The position numbers and the translations under genes are program-made. Positions 28,685-39,195 of a DNA stretch of 64,000 bases are shown here, one piece after another; position 1 is the stretch's first letter, and each line of letters opens with the position of its first letter. The stretch comes from Spirochaetia bacterium. GTDB lineage: Bacteria > Spirochaetota > Spirochaetia > UBA9216. The DNA lies in contig OY776510.1 in NCBI GenBank assembly GCA_963675665.1, forward strand, positions 3,520,001-3,584,000, given 5' to 3'. The notes below the pieces were generated by a model. That model made no database searches. It saw nothing but the letters and a program-made list of their open reading frames with translations, and had not been told where the DNA came from.

Positions 28685-29188
28685 ATGTCAGAAATAACCC
28701 TGGAAGGAAAAATAATTCATACTATTGGGAATTTACCGACGGTTGGCGAAGCTGCGCCGGATTTTACTCTTGTTTCTACTGATTTGTCAGAAGTCAGGCT
28801 GAATGACTTTAAAGGGAAAAAACTGATTTTGAATATTTTTCCCAGCCTTGATACATCAGTCTGTGCAACATCAGTAAGAAAATTCAATCAGGAACTCAAT
28901 AATCTTTCGGATACTGAAGTTCTCTGCATATCCGCGGATCTTCCTTTTGCACACAGCCGTTTTTGTGTGAGTGAAGGCCTGGAAAATGTTAAAAACGCTT
29001 CTGTTTTCAGAAATCCGGGTTTCGGTAAAAATTACGGAGTGACAATTACCGACAGTCCGCTGGAAGGGCTTCTTTCGAGAGCAGTTGTAGTTATTGACGG
29101 CAAAGGCAGGATTGTTTATACCGAGCAAGTGCCTGAAATAGCACAGGAACCCGACTATAAATCAGCTTTAGAAGCGGTTAAAAAGTAA
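28685..29188 (+). CDS. tpx: Thiol peroxidase
   Basis: FPSLDTSVC, ISADLPFAHSRFC, EPDY. Confidence 0.95.
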   Translation: MSEITLEGKIIHTIGNLPTVGEAAPDFTLVSTDLSEVRLNDFKGKKLILNIFPSLDTSVCATSVRKFNQELNNLSDTEVLCISADLPFAHSRFCVSEGLENVKNASVFRNPGFGKNYGVTITDSPLEGLLSRAVVVIDGKGRIVYTEQVPEIAQEPDYKSALEAVKK

Positions 29189-29196
29189 AATACGAC

Positions 29197-29233
29197 AAAC
29201 TCTGAAAACTGATTTTTTCAGTTTTCAGAGTTT
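29197..29233. terminator. Probable bidirectional terminator between tpx and nrdJ
   Basis: AAACTCTGAAAACTGA-TTTTT-TCAGTTTTCAGAGTTT, 16-bp stem. Confidence 0.75.
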
Positions 29234-29265
29234 ACGCTTATGTTTTTTAGAACGTAACCGGTGTT

Positions 29266-31506
29266 TCAGCTGCACCTTGAATAACCGCAGTTAAAACATG
29301 TAATGCAGCCGTCAGCATATGTCAGTTGCTGATTGCACTCCGGGCATATTCCGTCCGATGTTATTACTTCTTCACCGTCATGTATATATTTCTTCAAGAC
29401 ACGGGCAACACTGCGTTCAAAATCTGTAAAGTTTGTATCTTTCTGCAGCTGGGTTATTACAAACTGCAAAGGCGTTCCGTGACGCAGCGCCATTGAGATG
29501 AAACGCGCAAGTGAAGAATTCGGCGAATCGAATTCTTTTGTAAAATTTTTAAGCCTTATTTCTTCTTCACCATTAATAAACACCAGATCATAACGGCCGG
29601 AAGGTTCTTTTCTTACAACAGTACGATGATCAGTTTCAATATCTATCCTTGATTCCGGGTCATCAATAACGAAAAGTTCATAAAGGCTGTTTTTCATTTT
29701 CCCGACAATCACTATGATGCTTTTTCGGCCTGCTTTGACTCTGTGAATATCACACGGCAGTTCTTTCGGCCTTGTAGGCGCATGATGAGTGTGTATTGGC
29801 TCTTCCTTGTCCTTGTTCTGATATTCAAGGATACCTTTCATGCTTCCGTTTGGATTGAATGTGGTAAATCCTTTAAGTCCCCTGTCGTATGCATACATAA
29901 ACAGGTTCTTGTAATCATCAAAACTTGTATCTTCAGGCAAATTCAGTGTTTTGGAAATACTGTGATCAATGTATTTCTGAAAAGAAGCCTGGATATCGAT
30001 TGAGTCGTACGGATCTATATTCTGAGTGGTTACAAAATATTCAGGCGCATCGTCTTTCCCGGTAATCTCACGGTATAATCCGTAAGCATAGTCATGGACT
30101 TCCTCGGTTACTGTTTCATCACCTATACCAGTGCGGATAGTTCTGTTGTACTTCAGGGCAAAAATCGGTTCTATGCCGGATGAACAATTCTGTCCCGCCG
30201 AAAGTGAAGTTGTACCGGTAGGCGCAATTGTATTCATCTGTACATTGCGTATTCCGTTTTTTGATATCAGCAGACGGACCTGTTCAGGAAGCTGTCTGAC
30301 AAATTCAGCAGCTAAATATTTTTCTTTATCAAACTGCTCAAAGGCGCCTTTTTCCGCTGCAATCCCGGCTGATGCAGTATATGATTCGTTTCTTAAAGTC
30401 AGCGCAATTTCTTCAGAGAATTCTTTTGATTCATTTGAACCGTACTTTATACCCAGCATTGTAAACATATCGCCAAGACCGGTTATTCCGAGCCCGATTC
30501 GCCGCCACTGTTTTGAAAACTTTTTTATTTTTTCAATAGGATAATCGGTGACATCAAGTATATTATCCAGAAACCTGATACCGACATTTACCGTGGAAGC
30601 GAATTTTCTAAAATCAAATGAAGCCTCCGGTGTAAAAGGGTTATCCACAAACATGGTTAAATTCACAGCAGAAAGACAGCACAACGAGTAGGGCGGCATA
30701 ACAAGTTCACCGCATGGATTAACCCTGTCCATCTTAAACGCCCAGTACCCGTTGTTGTATCTTTCTACAGTATCTGCGTAGAATATTCCGGGCTCATTAT
30801 GGTTATAGGCATTCCTGGCAAGCAGATCATAAAGATACCTGGCTTTTACCGTTTTATATACTTTGTCTCCAAAAATAAGGTTCCAGTCTTCATCATTTCT
30901 TACAGCTTCAATAAAATTGTCTGTTACCTTTATTGATATATTGAACTGGGTCAGCTCCTTGTTGTCATCGCCTTTTTTTACCGTAATAAAATCTTCAATC
31001 TCTGGATGCGAAATATCGAGCAATGCAATATGCGCCGATCTGCGCTGCCCCCCGGTCATTATTGTTTTCGCTGACTGATCAAAAATCTTCAGAAAAGATA
31101 TTACTCCCGATGATTCGGAACCGCTGGATAGCGGCGCCCCTTTGGGGCGCAGTTTTGAAATATCAAAACCGACTCCGCCGCCCATTTTACTGATGGCGGC
31201 ATCTTCCTTAAGAGATTCATATATTCCTTCCATTGAATCTTCTATATCGATTGTAAAACAGTTATTATAATTCTTCATTCTGCTTTCGGGTCTTGCATTG
31301 GCAAGAATTCTGCCTGCAGGAATCAGTCTTCCGTTTAACAGTTCCTCAAAAAAAAACTCGCTCCACTGTTCCTTTTTTTCTTCAACTGAAGCTGCTTCCT
31401 CCGCTATCAACCGGAAAACCTCCTCGGGACTGTTTTCTCCATGAAGGCAGTATTTGGCTTCAAATATTTCACGGCTTATTTTCTGTTTCCATTTCCATTT
31501 TTGCAT
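29266..31506 (-). CDS. nrdJ: Ribonucleotide reductase, class II (B12-dependent) type
   Basis: PAGRILAN, NCF, GGGVG, NPCGE, IAPTGT, SSGIEP, C-terminal Zn ribbon; no beta subunit nearby; GGGAGG SD. Confidence 0.85.
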   Translation of the reverse strand: MQKWKWKQKISREIFEAKYCLHGENSPEEVFRLIAEEAASVEEKKEQWSEFFFEELLNGRLIPAGRILANARPESRMKNYNNCFTIDIEDSMEGIYESLKEDAAISKMGGGVGFDISKLRPKGAPLSSGSESSGVISFLKIFDQSAKTIMTGGQRRSAHIALLDISHPEIEDFITVKKGDDNKELTQFNISIKVTDNFIEAVRNDEDWNLIFGDKVYKTVKARYLYDLLARNAYNHNEPGIFYADTVERYNNGYWAFKMDRVNPCGELVMPPYSLCCLSAVNLTMFVDNPFTPEASFDFRKFASTVNVGIRFLDNILDVTDYPIEKIKKFSKQWRRIGLGITGLGDMFTMLGIKYGSNESKEFSEEIALTLRNESYTASAGIAAEKGAFEQFDKEKYLAAEFVRQLPEQVRLLISKNGIRNVQMNTIAPTGTTSLSAGQNCSSGIEPIFALKYNRTIRTGIGDETVTEEVHDYAYGLYREITGKDDAPEYFVTTQNIDPYDSIDIQASFQKYIDHSISKTLNLPEDTSFDDYKNLFMYAYDRGLKGFTTFNPNGSMKGILEYQNKDKEEPIHTHHAPTRPKELPCDIHRVKAGRKSIIVIVGKMKNSLYELFVIDDPESRIDIETDHRTVVRKEPSGRYDLVFINGEEEIRLKNFTKEFDSPNSSLARFISMALRHGTPLQFVITQLQKDTNFTDFERSVARVLKKYIHDGEEVITSDGICPECNQQLTYADGCITCFNCGYSRCS

Positions 31507-31517
31507 CGATCCTCCCA

Positions 31518-31533
31518 ACACTATATATAGCGC
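31518..31533. promoter_or_regulatory. NrdR box
   Basis: ACACTATATATAGCGC fits acaCwAtATaTwGtgt; immediately upstream of the nrdJ SD. Confidence 0.75.
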
Positions 31534-31596
31534 ATTTTACAATAATTTTATGGTTTGACCACTATATAACATATCGGTTGTCATGTTAATACAATA

Positions 31597-33951
31597 TTAG
31601 CTTTTTTTTATATAATGGGAAAATTTCTCAGTCAGCCATTTGAAAAGAAACACCGGGGCAAAGAATACAAGAACCAATCCTGCAACAGAAGCAACGGCGT
31701 TATCCATACCGAAAAGCGAAAGTGAAAATGACGGGAAGGGGTTATCATCTATCAGATAAGTCCATGTGCTTCCGTTTTTCCGTTTTTCGGCTTCAGAGAA
31801 CGCAGCATCAAGTCCTGATTGTTTTATATGGAAAACAGTCTTCTCAACAGCTTTATTGAAACCTTCTGAATAGTAAACCTGGGCATCACGAATATACTCG
31901 ATAAGCGGCTCCTTTTTCCCCAGTCTTCTTAGATGAATGCCTTCCCGCAGGATTTCAATCCAGTCAAGAAATTCTGTCCAGAATTCATCCAGGTAAAATG
32001 CATATACTTTCGCAAGCTTTTCAGCGTACTCGCCCGGTTCCGCAATATTTTCAAGCTGATCAAGAATTTTCTGCGGAAAAATATGGGAAAAAAGAGCATC
32101 TTCCCGATCTTTCAAAAGGTTCTTTCTCATTACTTCTACAGCATGCGAATAATTATGCAATGTTTCTCTCATTTTTGAATGCTGGTTTTCGATAATTTCC
32201 TGAGCACGTTCAAGTTCCCGGCCGGCACGATGGTCGGCCAGCGGCTTATCGTCAGAAAACTTCAGAATCTTTTCCGGAATAAATTCCGCTATGCCGTATC
32301 TTTGAAACAGTCGGTCTTCAAGACTTACAAGAAAAAGGCTTTCGCCCGGATCTCCCTGACGGCCCGCTCTGCCGCGCAACTGATTATCAATACGCCGGCT
32401 TTCGTGCCTGTTAAGGCTGATAACAATTAAGCCGCCCAGGCTGGTAACAAAATCTTCATCAACACGTTCGGGCCCGCCCAGCAAAATATCAGTGCCGCGG
32501 CCGGCCATATTTGTCGAAACAGTTACGGCGCCGGGCATCCCTGCATCGGCAATAATAACAGCTTCTTCGGCATCATTAACTGCATTAAGCACATTATGTT
32601 TTATACCTTCCGCCAGAAGCATTTCAGATACATGTTCAGATTCATAAACCGAAGCCGTGCCTATCAAAACCGGGCGACCGACAATATTATATTGCTTAAC
32701 CTTTTTTAGAAACTCGGTATATTTGGCTGCTTTTGTTTTATAAATAAGATCGGGATTATCTTTTCTTATTTTCTGCATATGCTCAGGAATAATAAATGTT
32801 TGCATTCCATACTTTTTATAAAATTCTAACGCAGCAGATTCTGCTGTTGCAGTCATTCCTGAAATATTCGGGTAAAGTTTGACGAAATTTTCAATTGTTA
32901 TGCTTCCGCATATTTCTCCGTTATTATTTATACTCAATCCTTCCTTGGCTTCCAATGCCCGCTGTATTCCGAAAGGCCATTCTCTTTTTTCAGCAACACG
33001 GCCGGTCAGTTCATCAACGAGCTCGATTTTATCTCTTCTGACGATATAGTCAATATTCCTGGAAAGAAGTTTTTCAGCATGCAATGCCACATTTACTCCT
33101 GCAACGGCATCCTGACCCTCAGGAGTTATTTCATCAACATCCAGTATATTGCAAATATGTTTTATTCCTTTTGATGTCAATGTACACTTTCGGCAAGTTC
33201 GATTAATTTGAAAATCTGTGCCGTCTTCAAGTTTATGGACTAATGACTCATAAAGAATGTGCCCGGCAAGTAAACCGTCTTTCTCTCTGGCAATAACAAG
33301 AGGAATTCGTGCTTCATCAATCAGAATGAAATCTGCTTCGTCTACAATGCAGTTTTCAAACCGTATATTAATTTTCAGTTTTTTGTTATACTGTATACAG
33401 TCGTTAAGATAATCAAAACCTGCCTGTTTGGCTGTAAGATATACAACATCAGCACGGTAGGCGGTTCTTTTCTCTTCAAGAGTCATTTTTTCATCAACAT
33501 AAGCGCAGTTTATTCCCAGTATGGAGTAAACTTCACCCATCCACATCGCATCACGTTTGGCAAGATATTCATTGGCTGTAAATATTGCAGTATGGGCTCC
33601 GTCTGCGGCATTAATAACAGCCGGAAAAACAGCAGCAATCGTTTTGCCTTCACCTGTTTCCATTTGTACAAGATTTTTTTCAAGCATTATTTTTCCGGCA
33701 ATTATCTGTTCAGAATAGGGTTGAATTCCGAGTGCCAGATTAACTGCTTTATTTATTGCAGCAAATTTTTCAGTCAAACTGCCGTTTGACATGTATTTTT
33801 TTATTACTTTTTTTGAGTTAGATGTAATTTTAATCGATTTTACTTTTTCCGCAAAATCAACATAATTCTGTAAATTAATATGTATGGGGATTCCCTTTGC
33901 ACGTTTGAGGGCATAATTCAACTGCTCTCCTGTGCTGTATCTGTTTTTCAT
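31597..33951 (-). CDS. secA2: SecA paralogue (SecA2-like, short, hydrophobic C-terminal tail)
   Basis: METGEGKT, NEYLAKRD, IVDEAD, TNMAGRGTDI, RHESRRIDNQLRGRAGRQGDPG. Confidence 0.85.
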   Translation of the reverse strand: MKNRYSTGEQLNYALKRAKGIPIHINLQNYVDFAEKVKSIKITSNSKKVIKKYMSNGSLTEKFAAINKAVNLALGIQPYSEQIIAGKIMLEKNLVQMETGEGKTIAAVFPAVINAADGAHTAIFTANEYLAKRDAMWMGEVYSILGINCAYVDEKMTLEEKRTAYRADVVYLTAKQAGFDYLNDCIQYNKKLKINIRFENCIVDEADFILIDEARIPLVIAREKDGLLAGHILYESLVHKLEDGTDFQINRTCRKCTLTSKGIKHICNILDVDEITPEGQDAVAGVNVALHAEKLLSRNIDYIVRRDKIELVDELTGRVAEKREWPFGIQRALEAKEGLSINNNGEICGSITIENFVKLYPNISGMTATAESAALEFYKKYGMQTFIIPEHMQKIRKDNPDLIYKTKAAKYTEFLKKVKQYNIVGRPVLIGTASVYESEHVSEMLLAEGIKHNVLNAVNDAEEAVIIADAGMPGAVTVSTNMAGRGTDILLGGPERVDEDFVTSLGGLIVISLNRHESRRIDNQLRGRAGRQGDPGESLFLVSLEDRLFQRYGIAEFIPEKILKFSDDKPLADHRAGRELERAQEIIENQHSKMRETLHNYSHAVEVMRKNLLKDREDALFSHIFPQKILDQLENIAEPGEYAEKLAKVYAFYLDEFWTEFLDWIEILREGIHLRRLGKKEPLIEYIRDAQVYYSEGFNKAVEKTVFHIKQSGLDAAFSEAEKRKNGSTWTYLIDDNPFPSFSLSLFGMDNAVASVAGLVLVFFAPVFLFKWLTEKFSHYIKKS

Positions 33952-34015
33952 TACTGCTCCCGGGCTTTAATTAATCTTTAGAGTCTTTATCAAGTCTTTT
34001 AACAGGAACAGTATG
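33949..34015 (-). promoter_or_regulatory. Translation-attenuator hairpin occluding the secA2 SD/AUG
   Basis: mRNA CAUACUGUUCCUG pairs with CGGGAGCAGUA-AUG. Confidence 0.65.
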
Positions 34016-34223
34016 GCGGGGCCCTTGTGTTTATATATATTGGAGATTCTTTCTTTCCGTAATAATTTTGGACAATTCCAGTTGCTGAAACAATCAATGC
34101 AAATAGAATGATGAAGATACCTGGTACCTCAGCATTAATACCGGAAACAGTTAACAGCATAATGACCAGAATTATTGCGGTAATAATTTTAATTATTTTT
34201 GAATGATGTATTCCGACCGGCAT
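33999..34223 (-). CDS. Membrane leader peptide with a C-terminal RAPP ribosome-arrest motif
   Basis: Two hydrophobic segments, then ...SPIYINTRAPPYCSC*; 47 nt upstream of secA2. Confidence 0.75.
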   Translation of the reverse strand: MPVGIHHSKIIKIITAIILVIMLLTVSGINAEVPGIFIILFALIVSATGIVQNYYGKKESPIYINTRAPPYCSC

Positions 34224-34355
34224 ATTATAAAATTAAACATTATATTCCGGGACCGTCAAGAAAAATATCCTTAAATTATGAATGAATATATGAAAGAATA
34301 AAAAATCGACGTATCGGGAAGTGATATGTTAAAATACATATAACGGAGGTAAAAG

Positions 34356-34742
34356 ATGAAAAAGCTTACGCAATATCTTGCATCAATCGGTGCTGATAAT
34401 TATTTTAACGAGATGCGCCTTTCGATAAACGAACTTTTTCTCAGCGATGATATTGAAATAAATCCTTACACCGAACATAACTGGGAACTTCGTAAAAATA
34501 AAGATGTTACAGTCGTAAATGCTATTCCGGACAGTGAAAAACAGGACAGGCTTTTCTGGGAAGAGTGGTACATATATCAAAATGAGGTTCATCACCACAT
34601 TCTTACAATCTGGAAACCGGCAACTTATAATGATATTTTCGACTGCCCCGAATCAGATGATATTCATCCAGAAGCCAGTTTCGGCAAACGCTGGTATGTT
34701 ATTGACGATCCTGACATGACGCCGCTGCTTCTGAGGAGATAA
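34356..34742 (+). CDS. Hypothetical protein
   Basis: GGAGG SD; 128-aa Trp/His-rich ORF. Confidence 0.7.
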   Translation: MKKLTQYLASIGADNYFNEMRLSINELFLSDDIEINPYTEHNWELRKNKDVTVVNAIPDSEKQDRLFWEEWYIYQNEVHHHILTIWKPATYNDIFDCPESDDIHPEASFGKRWYVIDDPDMTPLLLRR

Positions 34743-34763
34743 GAAAACTGTCCGTTTGCCTGT

Positions 34764-35960
34764 TCAGGATTTGTTTCTAACAACAGAAATTACTGAAAAT
34801 GCAACTGTCAAAACAGCTGCAGCTGCGGCCATTATAATGAATGCAGTTCTGAATGAATAAATCTCTGCTGCTGCTCCTATCATTGGAAAAAGGATAACCA
34901 TTAATAAGCTGAATATCATACTTCGAAACGACAACACAGTAGCACGAATTTCAGAAGGTATCATTTTATTAAGGTAATCCGATATAACAATGAAAGTGAC
35001 GCCTTCTATAAAGCCTGTTATTATAAAAAACAATGATTTAAAAGGTGTCACAGCGACTCCCCATAAACAAACGGTAAGCATTGATAAAAGAAAAATAAAA
35101 AGCCGTTTTTCCCCGAATTTTTTTTCAATCCAGGCTGCCGAAATCGATGACATTGCAGACAATCCGGCGGAAACTGCATATACAATTCCTATATAACTTT
35201 CTGCTTTACCGTTGAGTTTGAAGTAATTCTGTATGTAAAAGAACAGGCTTGTCGTAAAAGTCAGTATTGTCTCGGAAAATATAATCAGAAACATTATTCT
35301 TGGTTTTGATTTGACAAGCTTCAGGCTGTCAAAAAGTATCACGCCGAATTCCCTGATTCCATTGGCGGTTTTTCCCGAATGATCTTCAGAGTTTTTATTA
35401 AGATATGGTTCATTAAAGGTCAGTCCGGTTAAAAATGATATTATTACTGAACATCCGGAAAAAATGAATACATAATCATATCCCAGGTTTGAAGCTGTAA
35501 GCCCTCCCAGTGCAAATGAGATTATCATTCCGGATTGAAATGCCACTTCGGTAAAGCCTGCAATACGTTTATACCGGCTTTCTTCTCCGAGATATTTCAA
35601 TGTATCATAGGAAAAAGCTTCTCCCGCGCCCGATTCAAGATTGTACCCGAATGCGCAAACTGAAAAACCAATTGCCTGTAGAACAAAATTGTCGGCCGCC
35701 CACATTATTATCAGGCTAATAAAAAACAGCAAACGCCCTCCGAGCCTGCAGTACTTTCTGCCTATAAGATCGGCAAGGGCTCCGGACGGTATTTCAAAGA
35801 GCATTGAACTTATATGAAAAATACTTTCAAGAATTCCTAGTTCAATTAATGAGAAGCCTTTCTGTGCAAGGTATATCATCCATAACCCGGATGTAAATTG
35901 TACGTTTGAAAAGAAAACAAAAAGATAATTTTTTGGAATATTACGCCTGTAGTCCACCAT
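34764..35960 (-). CDS. MFS transporter
   Basis: FEIPSGALADLIGRK motif A; about 12 TM segments; IPSEIRATVLS. Confidence 0.9.
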   Translation of the reverse strand: MVDYRRNIPKNYLFVFFSNVQFTSGLWMIYLAQKGFSLIELGILESIFHISSMLFEIPSGALADLIGRKYCRLGGRLLFFISLIIMWAADNFVLQAIGFSVCAFGYNLESGAGEAFSYDTLKYLGEESRYKRIAGFTEVAFQSGMIISFALGGLTASNLGYDYVFIFSGCSVIISFLTGLTFNEPYLNKNSEDHSGKTANGIREFGVILFDSLKLVKSKPRIMFLIIFSETILTFTTSLFFYIQNYFKLNGKAESYIGIVYAVSAGLSAMSSISAAWIEKKFGEKRLFIFLLSMLTVCLWGVAVTPFKSLFFIITGFIEGVTFIVISDYLNKMIPSEIRATVLSFRSMIFSLLMVILFPMIGAAAEIYSFRTAFIIMAAAAAVLTVAFSVISVVRNKS

Positions 35961-36177
35961 AAAGACACCTATAAAAAGAGATATTTCCATTTTTACAGAT
36001 TAAATGACTATTCAAGCGCCACCGCTTCTATTCAGCCCGATTTTAACCTGGCTAAGATTATATTAGACATTTCCCCGGCTTGTCTACAAAATAACCACTA
36101 ATCTGATTGAACATTTTACTTCCGAAACTGTATACTGATTTCTCAGCTTCCAGTATAAATATCTTTCAGGAGTTTTA

Positions 36178-37071
36178 ATGCGGCAGGTACACAGACAAAT
36201 CCAGTGGTTTCCGGGACATATGAATAAAACCCGAAGACTGATTGAGGAACATCTCAGCAGAATTGACATTGTCGTTGAAATTCTTGATGCGCGTATACCG
36301 CAGTCAAGCCGGAATCCCCTGCTTGAAGAAATTACAAAAGAAAAGCCTGTTCTTCTTGTTCTGAATAAATCGGATCTGGCAGATAAACAACTTACAGCCG
36401 CATGGATAGAATATTATAAAAATGAAGGCTATCACTCGATTGCTGTTACATCAACCGAAACAAAAACAGTTACCGGCATATTAGGCAGTTGCCGTCAGAT
36501 TGTTGAAAACAGTACAGAAAAAACCGGAGCCAAAATAAATATTCTTGTAGCGGGAATTCCTAACGTCGGTAAATCGACAATTATAAATGCGCTGAAAAAG
36601 CAAAAGAAAGCTTCCGTTCAGAATAAACCCGGACATACGAAAGACTTTCAGCGAATAGTAATATCGAATACAATGACGCTCATTGATACGCCGGGTATCC
36701 TATGGCATAAATTTGAACCCGAAACAGGCTACAGACTTGCAGTTATGGGTTCAATCAGGGATTCCATTCTTGATATGTTCAATATTGCATCTGCAGCGCT
36801 TATTATGCTTAAAAATGCATACCCGCAATACCTTGCAGAAAGGTTTAACCTTGAAACTGATTCAATGCCGGATACTGAAGAAGAACTTATTGCATTGATA
36901 GGGCGCAGCCGCGGAATGCTTCAGAAGGGAGGAGTTGTCGATTTTGAAAGGGCATGTAATGTAATTGTCAGGGAAATACGCGACGGCAAAATGGGTAATA
37001 TGACTTTTGAATCCCCGGATATCTCGGATAAAAGGTTTTCAGCAAAAATATTTGAAAATCTGCAGCTTTAA
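36178..37071 (+). CDS. ylqF: Ribosome biogenesis GTPase RbgA/YlqF
   Basis: IQWFPGHM, LNKSDL, GIPNVGKST, DTPG. Confidence 0.95.
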   Translation: MRQVHRQIQWFPGHMNKTRRLIEEHLSRIDIVVEILDARIPQSSRNPLLEEITKEKPVLLVLNKSDLADKQLTAAWIEYYKNEGYHSIAVTSTETKTVTGILGSCRQIVENSTEKTGAKINILVAGIPNVGKSTIINALKKQKKASVQNKPGHTKDFQRIVISNTMTLIDTPGILWHKFEPETGYRLAVMGSIRDSILDMFNIASAALIMLKNAYPQYLAERFNLETDSMPDTEEELIALIGRSRGMLQKGGVVDFERACNVIVREIRDGKMGNMTFESPDISDKRFSAKIFENLQL

Positions 37072-37077
37072 AAATAA

Positions 37078-37821
37078 TTAAATCTCCGGATATGTTATAT
37101 CTACGGAAGAATCAAATTTATATACAACATCTTTTCGCTCGACCCTGATTTTTATCTTTGAAGCAAGTTCTTGATCATTTTTCAGATTGCTTAGCAACTC
37201 CCTTGTAGGATTAATTGCAACAGGATTTCCAGTCATTCTGAACATTGAAATATCACCGTTAGTATCTCCGTAGGAAAAACTTTTTCGAAGGTCAATTTTA
37301 TACATTTCGGCAAAACAGTTTATTGCTTTCATCTTGCTGTCCGCGTCCCACATTGCTCCGACTTCTCCAGTATACCTTCCTTTTTTATCAACATAGTATT
37401 TTGTTCCAATGCTGTCGGTTATATCATAAAGTTCGGCCATTCGTCGCACAAGATAATCAGGACTGCCTGAGACAAAGAACACAAGGTGTCCCGATGCTTT
37501 GTGAAACTCTATCTTGTCGCGCGTATACATATAAACCTTATCGCCCTTCAGCCTGATTACCTGGTCAGTGACAAAATCCATTTTGGACTTTTCAAGGCCT
37601 TTAAGTGATCTAAGATATATTTTTGATAGTTCCATAAGATAATCATCATAATTACCGCGCCGTTTCTTCCAGTTCTGGTAAGTGTGTTTTACATTCGTAT
37701 GCCATAAAGCTTCATCAAGAACGTCATATTTTAACAGTTTTTTAAAATGTTCAATCATCAATGAATCACGGTATAAAGTACCGTCAATATCAAAAAAAGC
37801 ACCAATTTTATCTGATTCCAT
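37078..37821 (-). CDS. HAD-IB family hydrolase
   Basis: AFFDIDGTL, VSGS, YGDTNGD. Confidence 0.9.
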   Translation of the reverse strand: MESDKIGAFFDIDGTLYRDSLMIEHFKKLLKYDVLDEALWHTNVKHTYQNWKKRRGNYDDYLMELSKIYLRSLKGLEKSKMDFVTDQVIRLKGDKVYMYTRDKIEFHKASGHLVFFVSGSPDYLVRRMAELYDITDSIGTKYYVDKKGRYTGEVGAMWDADSKMKAINCFAEMYKIDLRKSFSYGDTNGDISMFRMTGNPVAINPTRELLSNLKNDQELASKIKIRVERKDVVYKFDSSVDITYPEI

Positions 37822-37935
37822 AGCGTTCAGGATTGCATGTTATTTTTCAGCTGTCAACTCCCGGCAGCTGGATGTTTAAACATACCGATATCGGTTTAAA
37901 TGTTGCTTTTTTCTCTGCAGCGGATTACTATCGCC

Positions 37936-39195
37936 ATGATGAATAATTTTGACCTAATCATTATCGGTGCCGGTCCTGCAGGTCTTTTTTCCGCAATACA
38001 ATGCGCATCAAAAGGGCTTTCGGTATGTATTTTTGAATCCGGTAAAAGCGCCGGGAAAAAACTTCTTTTGACGGGACAGGGAAAATGCAATATTACAAAT
38101 TCACTACCGCCTGCTGATTTTATTAATCATTACGGATCAAAACTCAGATTCGTAAGAAATTGCATTTACTCCTTTTCCAACAATGATCTAATCAACTTTT
38201 TTCTAAGCGGCGGGCTTAAACTTGTAGATCGTGGCGACGGTAAAATATTTCCGGAATCTGAATCATCTGTCGATGTGCTCAACCATCTTCTTAGCCTGTG
38301 CAGAAAATATGACGTTCAATTCCGTTTTAATAGCAGGGTTTCGAGTGCTGACCACGATGGAAACCGTTTCACCACAACCTCCAGCAAAAGCAACGCTTCG
38401 GCAGGAGCATTGCTTATAGCCACTGGCGGTTTTACCTTTCCATCTACGGGCTCAGACGGAAGCGGATGCAAACTTGCAGAAAATTTCGGGCATAACATTG
38501 TTCCGCTGAAACCGGCCCTTGCCGGGATTGAAACAAACATAATTGCGGCCGAAAAGTTAAGCTACTGTGCTGGTATCAGTGTTGAATGCAGTTATACTCT
38601 GGTCAGAAACGCCAAACATCTTAACAAATACAGCGGAAGGCTTCTTTTTACACATAACGGATTATCCGGACCCGTAATTATCGACAACAGCCGTGATTTT
38701 TCGCCTGAAGACATTTTAAAAATCAATCTGATGCACGATATGTCTTTTGAAGATTTAAATACAGCCCTGATTGAATACAGCCGCAGTAACGGTAAAAGCA
38801 GCTTAAAAACTTTTTTTACAAAAACAGGTCTTCCTGATCGTCTTGTAAAAACCGTATTCATAATTTCCGGCGAAGCATCAAGTACTGACCTCAAATCGGC
38901 TGAAACATCCGCATTCTTGCGTAAAAAACTTTCGTCATTCTTTACCGGAATGGAAATTCCCGTTCTAAATGTTGAAGGGTGCAATAAGGCAATGTGTACG
39001 GCCGGAGGAGTGGATACTGCTGAAATCAACCCCGGAACCATGGAATCAAGAATAAAAGAAGGCCTTTATTTTGCAGGCGAAGTTATAGATGTTGATGGGG
39101 ACAGCGGCGGATTTAATCTTCAGTTTGCCTTTTCTTCTGCAAATTCCGCCGCTGAAGCTGTTTTAAAGAAGTACAAAATAAATATAAATGCTTGA
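37936..39195 (+). CDS. HI0933/BaiN-family flavoprotein
   Basis: IIGAGPAG, GKKLLLTGQGKCNITN, FTHNGLSGP, GGFNLQFAFSS. Confidence 0.9.
   Translation: MMNNFDLIIIGAGPAGLFSAIQCASKGLSVCIFESGKSAGKKLLLTGQGKCNITNSLPPADFINHYGSKLRFVRNCIYSFSNNDLINFFLSGGLKLVDRGDGKIFPESESSVDVLNHLLSLCRKYDVQFRFNSRVSSADHDGNRFTTTSSKSNASAGALLIATGGFTFPSTGSDGSGCKLAENFGHNIVPLKPALAGIETNIIAAEKLSYCAGISVECSYTLVRNAKHLNKYSGRLLFTHNGLSGPVIIDNSRDFSPEDILKINLMHDMSFEDLNTALIEYSRSNGKSSLKTFFTKTGLPDRLVKTVFIISGEASSTDLKSAETSAFLRKKLSSFFTGMEIPVLNVEGCNKAMCTAGGVDTAEINPGTMESRIKEGLYFAGEVIDVDGDSGGFNLQFAFSSANSAAEAVLKKYKININA

Noticed and set aside
29266-31506. RNR as a prophage marker or intein host
   Set aside because: No phage genes nearby, it has a host NrdR box, and no intein-sized insertion is apparent
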